DNA from: Mobula hypostoma
Taxonomy: Eukaryota
DNA: 64,000 bases
Reading direction: 5' to 3'
Assembly: GCF_963921235.1 (NCBI RefSeq)
Contig: NC_086108.1
Span: 30,320,001 to 30,384,000, forward strand
Part shown: piece by piece, positions 37,901 through 50,945 of the stretch
How positions within the stretch are numbered: the first letter of the stretch is position 1
How the letters are laid out: each line of letters starts with the position of its first letter
Program-made: the position numbers and the translations under genes
The notes under the pieces: model-generated
Seen by the model: the letters and a program-made list of their open reading frames with translations, nothing else
Told to the model about the DNA's origin: nothing
The model's database searches: none

Positions 37901-40403
37901 TTCCAATGTCTTAGCCAGTAGACTTGAGACAGTAGTTGGGCAAATAATTAGCTCAGATCAAACGGGCTTTATCAGGGGGCGTCTCACATCTGATAATATT
38001 CACCGGCTCTTACACTTACTGAGCGCAACACATAAAATCCCGCCTGCCTGTGGCCTGCTATTTCTAGATGCTGAAAAAGCATTCGATCGCCTTGAATGGC
38101 CATATCTTTGGAGAGTTCTTAAAGAATTTAAGTTTGACGATAAATTTATCAATATGATTCAAACACTGTATGCTAATTTTCAGCCCGGGTATGTGTGGGA
38201 GGAGGTTTCTCAGAGTTATTTGACATAGGATGGGGCACACAACAAGGGGACCCTTTGTCTCCTTTAATTTTTACTATATCTATTGAACCGCTTGCACATT
38301 TAATTAGAAACTATCCTCAGATCTCCCCTATTACAATAGGTGCAACATCACATTCAACATCACTTTACGCGGACGACACGCTAGCTTATTTGGCAAATGT
38401 TTAACAAACACTCCCCCATGTTTTAAAAACACTGGAGCAATTTGGATTTCTTTCACGATACAAAGTTAATTTGTCAAAATCAGCACTGATGCTGATTAAT
38501 ACGGATAAAAGCAAGGTGTCTCTCCCTCCCCAGATTAAGGTTACAAATGAGGTTCTCCACTTGGGTATTAAAGTTAATACTTCCCTATCATCCGTAGCTA
38601 AAACAAATTACTCTTTAATTTGAAAAAAATGAAAATGATACTAATAAATGGAGACACCTGCCAGCATCAGTCCCAGCCCGTATATCGGTCATTAAAATGA
38701 ACATCTTACCCCACATTAATTTTATCAGCTTAATAATCCCACTTGCACCTTCAGCAAAGTATTGGCAAAAAATAGATTCCTTACTACGATGCTATGTTTG
38801 GAATGGTAAATGACCCAATATAAAGTGGTGGTCAGCTCTACAATTCAAAAAGTCGGATGGGGGATTGGCATGTCCAAATTTTAAATTGTATCACTGGGCA
38901 TTTGTACTAAAAAGTCTTAGCTATTGGATGGAGGAGGATAAAGTTTCATCACGGAAAAATATAGAACAAGAGCTAATAGCACCAATAAGGTTGAAGGACT
39001 TTCTCCTGATAGGTATGTCAACCAAAAAGTGTTATTTGTATTACAGTCCAATTTTAACCCATATGCTACAAGTGTTTAGAGCAGCAGAAAAATTCCTAAA
39101 ATTTAAAAGCTTATGGTGCAAATCATCTCCTTTATGGAACAATAATCGTTTTCTATTGGGGGGGAGGAACCATTCACTAACAGAACTTGAGAAGATAAAG
39201 GAATTACTACTCTTCAAGATATCAATGGGGCAAGTACTATCCTTAGCTTTCAAGAACTGATATCTGGGTATAATATTGATAAATATCCTCTTTTCTTCTA
39301 CTTTAGAGTAAGATCAGCATATAAAGCCTACGGGGTTCCCTGGGGGTCAGATTTAAAGGACCATCCCATTTTAAGTTGGATACAGAGTGCTCCAGGACAG
39401 ATAGTGTCATATATCTATGATAAATGAAACTCCCAGAAATATATGCCCACATCAGGAATGAAAGCCTGGGATAGGGACATATCTGAATTGGGACAAGATT
39501 TAGACTGGGTTGCGATTTGGGATAATGCTGCCGGTGCTTCGAAAAACCCAAATCATTGGTATATACACTTGAAATTTTGTCATAGAGCATATTTAACACC
39601 GAGAATTAGACATCAAATGGGACTGGTTCCTGACCCTTATTGCTCATTTTGCCCCCATGGAACTGTTGGCTCTTTTATACATGTTGTATGGGAATGTCTA
39701 GGGGTTTTTGGTTTGTGGGGAAGGTTATCAGTACTCTTACAGAACTAATGGGGGTACAATTACCAATGGACCCCGCTGTACATCTTCTAAATGATGACTC
39801 CCACCTTTCCCTTATGGAAAAAACACGCAAAGTCTGGCTGGCAGGCCTGACTGCAGCTAAGAAGATTGTAGTCCAGCGTTGGAAACCTCCCCATGATATT
39901 TCAAATACTCACTGGCTTCAGAGCTTCTTGGACATTTGTTACCCGGAACTTTCATCAGCAAGAGTAAATGATGCACGACCAAACACAATCTTAATGTGGA
40001 CAAAATTGATAACTTAAAAGATCTTTTGTTAAAATAGGAATGCTTTGTCTGTCTATGCACTACTATTCAGTTGGTTGGTGGAATGGAGAGGAATGAGGGG
40101 AGAGGGATGGGGGGAGAGAGGGGTGGAGGGGGGATAGCGATGAAGGTTGGGGGGGTGGCTGGGTTAAACAATCAAAATGTAATTGGCAATTGGTTGTATT
40201 GAATGTAATTTGTTAGTGTGGCAATAAAACAATAGTTTAAAAAAAGGGGTAGCAATGGGTACTCTCATGGGTCCCAGCTATGCTGCTTGTTTGTCGGCTA
40301 CATGGAACAGTCTATCCTCCAAGCCTGGCCTGCTGAGTTCCTCCAGCATTTTATGTGTGTTGATCAGATTTCCAGCATCTGTAGATTTTTTCTTTTTTGT
40401 GAT
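34920..40403 (-). mobile_element. Penelope-like element (RT + GIY-YIG), rearranged and split by an L1
   Basis: Minus strand 34920-36303: YKPTDSHSYLDY, RVPLVLTYHP, CSQCGLLYIRETRYRLGDRFAEH; plus-strand pieces at about 36303-36335 and 40246-40403 (GVAMGTLMGPSYA and 3' tail). Confidence 0.8.
36336..40245 (+). mobile_element. L1/Tx1-clade LINE, nearly complete decayed ORF2, no ORF1
   Basis: Endonuclease [50 protein letters not shown]...HVVWEC; G-rich 3' UTR; AATAAA at 40223; A-tail 40239-40245. Confidence 0.92.
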
Positions 40404-41689
40404 TTATTCCAGTTAACTGCCTAAGACTGAATCTTCTTTACTAGCCTTCCATGTGGGAAATTGTCCATGTAGACAATGTCCTCTGCCTTGCCTTCATCAA
40501 TTTCCCTGATAACTTCCTCAAAAAAAACTATAAAATTAGTTGTACATGACCTACCACACACAGTGCCATGTTGACTATCCCTAATCAGTCCCTGTCTATC
40601 CAAATACTTCATATATCTGATCCCTTGGAATACCTTCTGATAACTTGCCCACTACTGTTGTTAGGCTCACTGGCCTATAATTTCCTGACTTTTTCTTGGA
40701 GCCTTTATTAAGCAATAGAACATTACCTTTCCTAATCCTTCAGCACCTCACTCATGGCAAAAAACGTTTTAATATCTCTGCTAGGGTCCCTGCAATTTCT
40801 GCATTAGTCTCCCACAGGGTCCGTAGGCACAAATTGTCAGGGCCTGAGGATTATATCTACCCTAATTTTCCTCAAGACAGCAAAGACCACCTCCTTTGTC
40901 ATCTGTTTCCATTCCATGACCTCTTTACTGTTTTGCCTCACTTCTGTAGACCCTGTATCTGTCTTCCAATTAAATATAGATGCAAAAAATCCATTGAAGA
41001 TTTATCCCAGCTCTTTTGACTCCATGTCTAGATGACCACACTCATCTTCCAGATGACCAATTTTCTCCTTTGCTATCTTTTTGTTCTTAATATATCTGTA
41101 GAAGCCCTTGGAATTCTCCCTCACCTTGTCTGTTATAGCAGTCTCATGCTTTCTTTTAGTCCTCCTGATTTCCTTAAGTATTCTCTTGCATTTCATATGC
41201 TCATGTACCTCATTTGTTCCTTCCCGCCTTTACCTGCTGTGCACCTCCTTCTTAACCAGGCCTCAGTACATCTCAAAAACCAAAATTCCCTGAACCTGTT
41301 AGCCTTGCCTTTTATTTTGACAAGAACATAGAAATTCTGCACTCTCAGCATTTCACTTTTTGAAGGCCTCACTTTTGCTAAGTACACCTTTGCTGGAAAA
41401 CAACCTGACCTAATCCACACTTGGCAGATCCTTTCTGATACTATCAAAATTGGCCTTTCTCCAAATGAGAATCTCAACCCGAGGACCAGACTTATCCTTC
41501 ACCATAATTATCTTAAAACTAATGACATTCTGATCGCCAGATGCAAAGTGTTCCCCTACATAAACATCTGTTACCTGCCCTGTATCATTCCCAAGTAGGA
41601 GATCTAGTATTTCATTTCTTCTAGTTGGGACCTCTACAAACTGATTAAGGAAACTTTCCTGAACACAAACTCTATCCAATCTCAATCCA

Positions 41690-44520
41690 GGAGGGCATTA
41701 ACGGACCTACTGATTGCATCACTGGCTACACCACCTTCTGTATTGACACTGTAAACTATGAAAGACTTCTGTTTTCCTAACAACAAGCCATGGCTCACCA
41801 GTGATCTGAAGGCTCTTCTCAGCCACAAAAAGAGAGCCTTTAGATCAGGAGACAGGGAGGAATTGAAACATGCAGAGGGAGCTGAAGGAGAAGATCAAAG
41901 TGGCTAAAGGAGAACACGGGAGATGTGGAAAACAAGCTTGGGCAGAGTAGCATACAGGACTGTGGAGAGGCATGAAGAACATCACTGGCTTCAATCAGCC
42001 TAGCCTCAATGCAGTCATGAATGGACTAATGAGTTAAACCAATTCTTCAGTAGGTTTGACAATTTCACTACTGTTCACACCCCCCTCTGCACACCAGTCC
42101 AGGTGCAGAGGCACCCACTCAGCACCAATGCCTCCCCTCCTCCCTCGTCTCCTCTCCCCTCCAATTCAACATGTGGATGAACAACACAGGCTACCACTGT
42201 CTACATCCCTTCCTGGTCCTGTGCCTACCATCTACACCTCCACATACCAACTGCTAACATCCCAATTTTCACCTTCCGAACCCCCACCCATCAACTCTCC
42301 GGACATCATGGACTCACCTTCATTACTAAGCAATGTGAGAAGGGCTGTGGGGAAACTGACACAGCAAAGCATTGGGATGAGATGATGTGAACCCCAATAT
42401 CCTGAAGCAGTTGTGTGGAGTTCTCCAGCCTATTTTCAATCTGAGTCTCAGCCTGGAAAGGGACCCAAATATGGAACCTATGATGTGTGGTCTCAGTACC
42501 CAAGAAGGGCCAACCAAAAGTCTTGAATGACTATGGTTGTCTGGCCCTGACCTCACACATCATGAAGACCCTAGAGAGGCTGGTCCTGGCTTTCCTCTGA
42601 CCTCTAGACAGATCAGCCCTGGATCCCCTGCAGTTTGCCTACAAGGAGCACATTGGAGGAGATGATGCTGTCATCTCGCTGCTGAACAGAGTCTACTCTC
42701 ATTTGGATAAGCAGGGCAGCACTGTGAGGATCATGTTATTTGATCTCTCAAGTGCCTTCAATACCATACAGCCCTCATTGCTGGGGGAAAAGCGCTGTTC
42801 ACTGCAGGTTGACACTTACATTGTAGCTTGGGTAATGGACTACCTGACTGGTAGGCCACAGTTTGTGTGGCTTCAGAGCTGTGTGTCAGACATGGCTATA
42901 AGTATCACTGCGACCCCACGGGGGACTATATTGTCTCCCTTCCTGTTTACCCTGTTTACCTAGGACTTTAGATACAACACTGAATTATGCAATCTGCAAA
43001 AATTCTCTGATGACTCAGCAATAGTTGAGTGTTAAAAGGGGGGATGGGAGGATGAATACAGGGCCCTGGTGGAACACTGTCAAATGGTTCAAGCTGAATC
43101 ATCTGCAGCTCAAGATTAGTCAGACAAAGGAGATGGTGATGGACTTTAGGAAGACTAAGCCTGCATTGCTCCCTGTTACTATTGATAGTGAGGATGTGGA
43201 TGTGGTGAGGACCTACAAGTACCTGGGGGTGCACCTGGATGACAGACTTGAGTGGAGCACCAACACAGAGGCTACGTAAGGAGGGGAGGAGAGGACAGCG
43301 GTGCGACGCAGTGTGCGTGGCCGCTCCAAAATGATATCTGATTTGTAAGTAGGGGCCATGCACAATCCTGATTTGATGGAGACGGACGTGAGAAGCACGG
43401 AGGAACATCTGCAGAAACTTCTGAAATGCCTGCTTCGCTGCCTCTGCTACTGTGCGATCGAGAATCTCCGGAGCGGAAGGCCCCAAATCCTCGGCTTTGC
43501 CTATTGCCTGTTGCCAGGGCTGGGGTCGAAGCGCTCGGCAGAAATGGTGCTCGGTGCTCAGTGTCAGAGGACTGGTCGGAGGCTCGAAGTTTTCAGACGG
43601 ACTCGAGAGTCGGCTGTGGTCGGGTGCTTCCAGGATGCTGCATTGGCAAGTTTGCGGCGATGGAAGTTCATGGCAGGAAGAGAGTTTCTCTTCCTTCTAC
43701 CGTCTGCATGAGATGATGGGACTTTCGAGAGACTTTGAGACTTTTTTTTACAGTGCCCGTGGTCTGTTCTTCATCAAATTACGGTATTGCTTTGCACTGT
43801 TGAAACTATATGTTATAATTATGTGGTTTTTGTCAGGTTTTTTTAGTCTTGGTTTGTCTTGTGTTTCTGTGATATCATTTTGGAGGAACATTATATCATT
43901 TCTTAATGCATGCATTACTAAATGACAATAAAAGAGGACTGCGTGTCCTCATAATCTAATCTAATCTAATGTACAAGAAGGGCCAGTGTCACTTCTACTT
44001 CCTGAGGAGACTGAGGTCCTTTGGAGTATGCAAGCCTCTCCTTCACATGTTCTACCAGTCTGTTGTCACCAGTACAATCTTCTATGCAGTGGTGTGCTGG
44101 GGTAATGGCATCAGTAGGCTCAATAAACTGATTAGAAGGGCTGACTCTGTGGTAGGAGTCAGACTGGACACATTGGAGTCTGCGGTATAACAAAGGACCC
44201 TACAGAAAAACCTGGCAATTCTGAACAATGTTTCTCACCCTCTACATGCCTTGGCTGAACAGAGGAACACTTTTAGTAATAGACTAAGACAACTGTGTTG
44301 CTCTGAAGTGCTATATGAACTCATTCTTGCCCTTGGCCATTAGGCTCTATAATGAGTCAACCTTTAGCCGGGGAAGTGGTGACACCATCCTGTTAGACAG
44401 TTTGTGGTAACTTATTTTTTACTTTTCTACTTATAATATTTATTCTGTGCACCTGTAATGCTACTGTGACATTGAAATTTTCTTTGGGATCAATAGCGTG
44501 TTTATGTATGTATGTATTTA
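41690..44520 (+). mobile_element. Rex1/Babar LINE (decayed), interrupted by family A retroposon
   Basis: FPNNKPW, LDPLQFAY, FDLSSAFNTI, KFSDD, YKYLGVHLD, FLRRLRSF; 3' GGGATCAATA and (TATG)n tail. Confidence 0.88.
43284..43970 (+). mobile_element. Short non-autonomous retroposon (family A, copy 2)
   Basis: Colinear with the reverse complement of 10960-11563; AATAAA at 43927; hairpin GAGGAC-TGCGT-GTCCTC at 43934-43950; (TAATC)n tail; splits the Rex1 frame between NTEA and YKKG. Confidence 0.85.
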
Positions 44521-44524
44521 TCTA

Positions 44525-45003
44525 TGAGGGGTGATTGACAAATTCATGGCCTAAGGTAGAAGGAGTCAATTTTAGAAAACCTAGCACATTTGTTTTTCAA
44601 CATAGTCTCCTCCTGCACACTTAGTCCAGTGGTCATGGAGCATATGGATCTCTTCTTTGTAGAAGTGGTCCACAGCAGCAGGGGTGATTGATAAGTTCGT
44701 GGCCTAAGGTAAAAGGAGATGAGTTATACAGCTCTTGTTACATGCACGTGCAGTTCATCTCTTTGAGCGAAAATGCAGAAAGTTTGAAGTTTCTCCTCAT
44801 CTGCTTCTACATTAGGCCACGAACTTATCAATCACCCCTGCTGTGGACCACTTCTGGAGGTCCAAGACGCCAACTTCTACAAAGAAGGGATCCGTATGCT
44901 CCTCGATCGCAGGAGTAACTGTGTAAATGTAGGAAAAATAAATGTGCTAGGTTTGATAAAACTGCCTCGTACCTTAGGCCACGAACTTATCAATCACCCC
45001 TCT
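44525..45003. mobile_element. Mariner-derived fold-back MITE with four TIR copies
   Basis: TA-flanked TIR GAGGGGTGATTGA(T/C)AA(G/A)TTC(G/A)TGGCCTAAGGTA at 44525 and in reverse at about 44970-45003; inner pair at about 44681 and 44810-44838; transposase C-terminal remnant FYKEGIRMLLDR. Confidence 0.8.
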
Positions 45004-46257
45004 TATTTCATAATACTGGAGTACCAGTCAATATGTAGAAAGTTAAAATCATTTACTATCATATTCTTATGTTTCTTGCAATAGTCTGTGAACTCGCTAC
45101 AAATTTGCTGCTCTGAATCTCACTGACTCTTGAGTACTCTAAATATAATCCCATTATATTATAGACCACCAGCAGCATCGATCTTTTGATTCCATTAGTC
45201 CACCAGCGTCAACCTTTTGATTCCAACATCTTAGCGACATCTTTCTCCATAACCACTGCACTCTCTATTCTGGCGCTCTGGTTCACACACTTCCCCTTCT
45301 CCCAGAACCTCTTTGCAGTTGGGACCTGTATATATTGATTAAGGAAACTTCCTGAACACATTTGATAATCTGCATCCCATCTATCCCTTTTACGGTATGG
45401 TAGTTCCAGTCAATATATGGAAAGTTAAAATCACCTATTATCACAGCCTTATTTTTCTTGCAACTGTCTGCTACCTCTCCATAGATTTGCTCTTCTGGAC
45501 CCAACTGACTATTGGGTCTATGATATAATCCTACTAATCCATGTGGTCACCCCTTACTTATTCCTCAGTTCTGCCCATATAGCCTTAGTAGATGAGCCCT
45601 CCAACCTGTCCTGGCTGAACATTGTCGAGATATTTTCCTTGACTAGTGACGTCACCCCTACCACTCTGTCATGTCTAAAACAATGGATTCCTGGAGCGTT
45701 GAGCTGCCAGTCCTGCCTCTCCTGTAACCGTCTCACTAATGGCCACAATACTCCTTGTATTGAAATATACCTGACTCAGAACATTAATACCAACAGCATC
45801 AATCTTTTGAATCTTGTCTTCGTATGTAGGCTTAACATCATTTTTCTCCACAACTACTTCACTATTTGTTCTGGCGCTCTGGTTCTCACTCCCACCCCTG
45901 CAACTCTAGTTTAAATCCACCTTGTGCAGCGCTGGTAAACCGTAAACTTTCCTGCTAGAATATTAGCCCCCCCCTGCCCCCTCCAGTTCAGATGCAAGCC
46001 ATCTCATCTATACAAGTCCCACCTTTCCTGTAAGAGAGCCCAATGATCCCTCCATCCTACACCAACTCTTTCGCCACATGTTAAACAGTATGACCTTCCT
46101 ATTTCTGGCCTCACTAGCACATGGTACAGGGAGCAATCCTGAGACCACAACCATGGAGGTCCTAACCTTTAATTTAGCACCTTATTCATTGAGCTGCTAG
46201 TCTTGCCTCTCCTGAAATCAAGTCTCACTAATGGGTACAATATCATAATTCCAGAGG

Positions 46258-48238
46258 TCCATAACACCATAAGACATTGGAGCAGAATTAGCCATTCAGC
46301 CCATTGAGTTTGCTCCACTATTCCATCATGGCTGGTCCCAGATCCCACTCATCTCCGTAAACCTGTCTTCTCCCACATCTTTTGATGCACTGACCAATCA
46401 GGAGACAATCAACTTCCGCCTTAAATATACCCACGGACTTGGACTGCACTGCTGTCTGTGGCAGATCATTTCACAGATTCACTACTTTGGGTAAAAAAGT
46501 TTCTCCTTACCTCTGTTCTAAAAGGTTGCCCCTCAATTTTGAGGCTGTGCCCTCTAGTTCTGGATACCCCCATCATAGGAAACATCCTCTCCACATACAC
46601 CCAATCTAGTCCTTCCAACATTTGGTGGGTTTCAGTGAGATCCCCATGCATTCTTCTGAATTCCAGTGAGTACAGGCCCAATGCTGCCAAATGCTCCTCA
46701 TATGTTAACCTCTTCATTCCCGGAATCATCCTCGTGAACCTCCTCTGGGCTCTGTCCAATGACAACACACCTTTTCTGAGATATGGGGCCCAAAACTAGT
46801 GTCTTATAAAGGCTCAGCATTGTCTCCTTGCTTTAAATTCTATTCTCCTTGAAATAAATGCCAACATTGCATTTGCCTTCTTTACCACAGATTTAACATG
46901 TAAATTAAACTTCGGGGAGTCTTGTGCAAGGACTCAAGTCCCTCTGCACCTCTGATGTTTGAACCTTCTCTCCATTTAAATAATAGTCCACGCTATTGTT
47001 CCTTTTACCAAAATGCATTATCATACATTTCCCAACACTGTATTCCCTCTTCCACTTTTTTGCCTATCCAATTTGTCTGAGTCCTCCTGTAGTTGCATTG
47101 CTTCGTCAGAACTGCCTACCCCTCCACCTGTCTTTGTACCATTTGCCAACTTTGCCACCTTTGCCACAAAGCCATCAATTCCATTATCCAAATCATTGAC
47201 AAACAATATGAAAAGCAGCAGTCCCAATACTGACCCCTGAAGAACACCACTAGTTACTGGCAGCCAACCAACCAGAAAAGGGCCCTTTTGTTCCCACTTG
47301 CTGCCTTCTGCCTGTCAACCATTTCTCTCTCCATGCCAGTATTTTTCCTGTAATGCTAAAGGATGTTGTTAAGCAGCCTCATGTGTGGTATCTTATCAAA
47401 TGTCTTCTGAAAATCCAAGTAAATTCCATCCACGGCCTCTTCTTTGTCCACCCTGCTTGTTACTTCCTGGATGAACTCTTAACAGATTTGTCAGGTAAAA
47501 TTTCCTTTTACAGAAACCATGCTGACTTTGACTTATTTTATCATTAGACTCAAGTACCCGAAACCTCATCCTTAATATTAGACTCCAGCACTTCCCAACC
47601 AATGAGGTTAGGCTAACTGGCCTATAATTTCCTTTCTTTTGCCTTCCTCCCTTCTTAAAAAGCAGAGTGACATTTGCAAACTTCCAGTCCTCCAGGACCA
47701 TTCCAGAATCAAGTGATTCTTGAAAGATCCTGACCTATGCATCCATTATCTCTTCAGCAGCCCCTCTCAGGACTCTGGAATGTAGTCCATCTGGTCCAGG
47801 TGACTTGTGCACTTCAAAACCTTTGAGCTTGCCTAGTACTTTTTCTTTTGTAATAGCAGTAGCACTCAACTTCTGCTCCCTGACACTCACGGACTTCTGG
47901 CACACTTCTAGTGTCTTCCACAGTGAAGACAGATGCAAAATACCATTAAGTTCATATGCCAATTCTTTGTCTTTCATTACTACCTCACCAGCATCATTTT
48001 CCAGTGGTCCAATATCAACTCTCACCTCCCTTTTACTCTTTATATAACTGAAAAAATATTTGGTATCCTTCTTTATATTATTGGCTTGTCTGCCCTCCTA
48101 TTTAATCTTATCCCTTGTAGATTTATTTCGTTGCCTTTTAGAAGCTTCCCAATCATCCAACTTCCCGCTCACTTTTTCTACCTTCTATATCCTTTCCTTG
48201 GCTTTTATGCAGTCCCTGACTTCCTTTGCCAGCCATAG
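46258..48238 (-). mobile_element. CR1 LINE, 5'-truncated
   Basis: KSPGPDG, EDWKFANVTLLFKKGG, QRRFTRMIPG, FFTQ on the minus strand; CATAACAC/CATAAGAC tail at 46260. Confidence 0.88.
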
Positions 48239-48239
48239 T

Positions 48240-50945
48240 GACACAGAAGGGAAGGGAGCAGAGGAGGTAAGCTGTGGTGATAGCGGATTGGTTAGTTAGG
48301 GGAACAGAAAGGAAGTTCTGGGAATGTGAACAAGATTTCTGGATGATATGTTGCCTCCTGGGTGCCATGGTCTGGGATACCTTGGATCGAGTCACAGCAT
48401 TTTTAAGTGGGAGGGTGAATGGCCAGAAGTCATGGTCCATGTAGGTACAAATGAGGTTCTGATACAAAGAAGAGTGATGAGGTTCTGCAAAGAGTGTTCA
48501 GGGCGTTAGGTGCTGAGTTAAAGGGCAGGATCTCTGGGGCTGTGATCTCAGGATTGTTACCGATGCCTGTAGCAGTCTGAAGGCTTTAGAGGAACAAACT
48601 TGTAGAGAGATGGCAGACTGCTGCAAGAAGCATAAGGTAGTTATAGTAGATGATTTTAACTTTCCACATATTGACTGGAACTCCTATACGTTAAAAGGAC
48701 TAGATGGAATAGAGTTTGTCAGATGTGTTCAGGGAAGTTTTCTTAATCAGTACATAGAAGTCCTAACGAGAGAGTGTACGATACTTGATCTACTATCAGG
48801 GAGTCAGATAGGGCAAGTGAACACTTTGCATCTGCAAATCACAATGCCATCAGTTTCAAAGTAAATATGCAAAAAGATAGGTCTGGTCCACAGGTTGAGA
48901 TTCTAAGTCAGAGAAAGGCCAAGTTTGATGATATCAGAAAGGATCTGTCAAGTGTATATTGGGACAGGGTATTTTCTGGCAAAGATGTACTTGGTAAGTG
49001 GGAAGCCTTCAAAAGTGAAATTTTGAGAGTATAAAGCTTGTATGTGCCTGTCAGAATAAAAGGTAAAGATAACAGGTGTTAGGTACCTTGGTTTTCAAGA
49101 GATATTCAGGCCTTGGTTAAGGAAAATAATTAGTTGCATTGCAGGAACAAATGAGGTACTTATTGAGTATAAGAAATGCAAGAGAACACTTAAGAAATAA
49201 ATCAGGAAGGCTAAATGAAGTCATGAGGTTGCCTTAGCATACAAGTGAAAGAGAATCCCAAGAGATTGTACAGATATGAGAACAAAATGATTGCAAGGGA
49301 CAAAATTGGTCCTCTTGAAGATCAAAATGATAATCCATGTGTGGAGCCAAAAGAGATGGGGAAAATCTTAAATGCACTTTTTGCATCTGTATTTAGTCAG
49401 GAAACAGACACAGAGTCTATCAGGCAAAACAGCGTCAATTTCATGGACTTTATACAGATTACAGAGGAGGAAGTGTTTGCTGTCTTGAGACAGATTAGGA
49501 TGGATAAATTCCCAGGACCTGGCAAGGTGTTCGCACAGAACCTGCGGGAGGCAAGTGCAAGAATTGTCGGGACCCCAACAGAGATATTTAAATCATCCTT
49601 AGCGGCAGGTGAGGTATCAGAGGATTGGAGGATAGCCAGTTGTTCTGCTGTTTAAGAAAGGCTCTAAAATTAAACCAGGAAATTATAGCGCAGTGAGCCT
49701 GACATCAATAGTGGGAAAGTTATTGGAAGGTATTCTAAGGGACTAGATATATGAGTATTTGGATAGACGTGGACTGATTAAGGATAGTCAGCTTAGCTTC
49801 ATGTATATTAGGTTATATCTAACCAATCTTAAGAGTTTATTGAAGAAATTAACAGGAAAGTTGAGGAAGGCAAGGCAGTGGATGTTGTCTACATGGACTT
49901 CAGCAAGGCATTTGACAAGGTCCCGCATGGGATGTTGGTCAAGAATGTTCAGTTGCTCGCCATTCAAGGTGAGGTAGTAATTTGGGTTAGACATTGACTT
50001 CTTGGGGAAAGCCAGAGAGTGGTAGTAGATGGTTGCCTCTGTGACTGGAGGCCTGTGACTAGTGGAGTCCCACAGGAACTGGTGCTGGGTCTGTTGCTGT
50101 TTGTCATATATATCATCAATCTGAATGATAATGTGGTTAACTGGACTAACAAACAATCAATGACACCACATTGGGAGTGTAATGGACGGCAAGGAAGACT
50201 GTCATGGCTTGCAGATGGATGTGGACCAGTTGGTAAAAAGGGCTGAAAAATAGCTGATGGAATTTAATGAAGACAAGTGTGAGGTGTTGCAGTTCAGTAG
50301 ATCCAACCAGGGTAGGTCTTACACAGTGAATACTAGAGCACTGAGGAGTGCAATAATACAAGGGAATTTGGAAATACAGGTCCATAATTCATAGAAAGAG
50401 TTGACAGTGTCGTAAAGAAAACTTCTGGCACTTTGGTTTTCATAAATCAGTATTGAGTACAGGAGATGGGGTGTTATGTTGAAGTTTTCTAAGACATTGC
50501 TGAGGCCTAATTTGGAGTATTGTGTGCAGATTTGGTCAACTACCTACAGAAATTAGTATAGAGAAAATTTACAAGGATGTTGCCAGGTCTGGAGTACTAT
50601 ATGGAAAGCCTAAATAGTTTAGCATTTTATTCCTTGGGTAGTGGAAGACTGAGGGGAGATTTGATAGAGGTATACAAAATTCTGAGGAGTATAGATAGGG
50701 TAAATGCAAGCAAGCTTTTTCCATTGAGGTTGGGTGGGACTACAACTAGAGATCATGGGTTAAGGGTGAAAGGTGAAAATTTTAAGGGGAACATGAGGGG
50801 AAATTTCTTCATTCAGAGGGTCATGAGAGTGTGCATCGAGCTGCCTGCGTAAGTGGTGCATGCAAGATCGATTTCAATGTTTAAGAGAAGTGTGGAAAGC
50901 TACATAGATGGTAGGGGTATGGAGGGTTATGGTCCCAGTTTAAAT
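48240..50945 (+). mobile_element. CR1 LINE with ORF1 (esterase-like) remnant and decayed ORF2
   Basis: GDS..CCLLGA..VMVHVGTN; VDDFNFPHIDW; SGVPQ; RGDLIEVYKI. Confidence 0.85.

Larger units (their letters stand above)
28161..46250 (-). mobile_element. Long CR1 LINE broken into segments (28161-28539, 34626-34915, 40405-41690, about 45006-46250) by later insertions
   Basis: Minus-strand CR1 motifs in colinear order across the gaps: RGDLIEVYKI, RT, SQHG, ILDLLLGN, IIGDFNFP, ORF1 remnants; the 45-46 kb portion has a duplicated endonuclease block and may be two copies. Confidence 0.7.
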
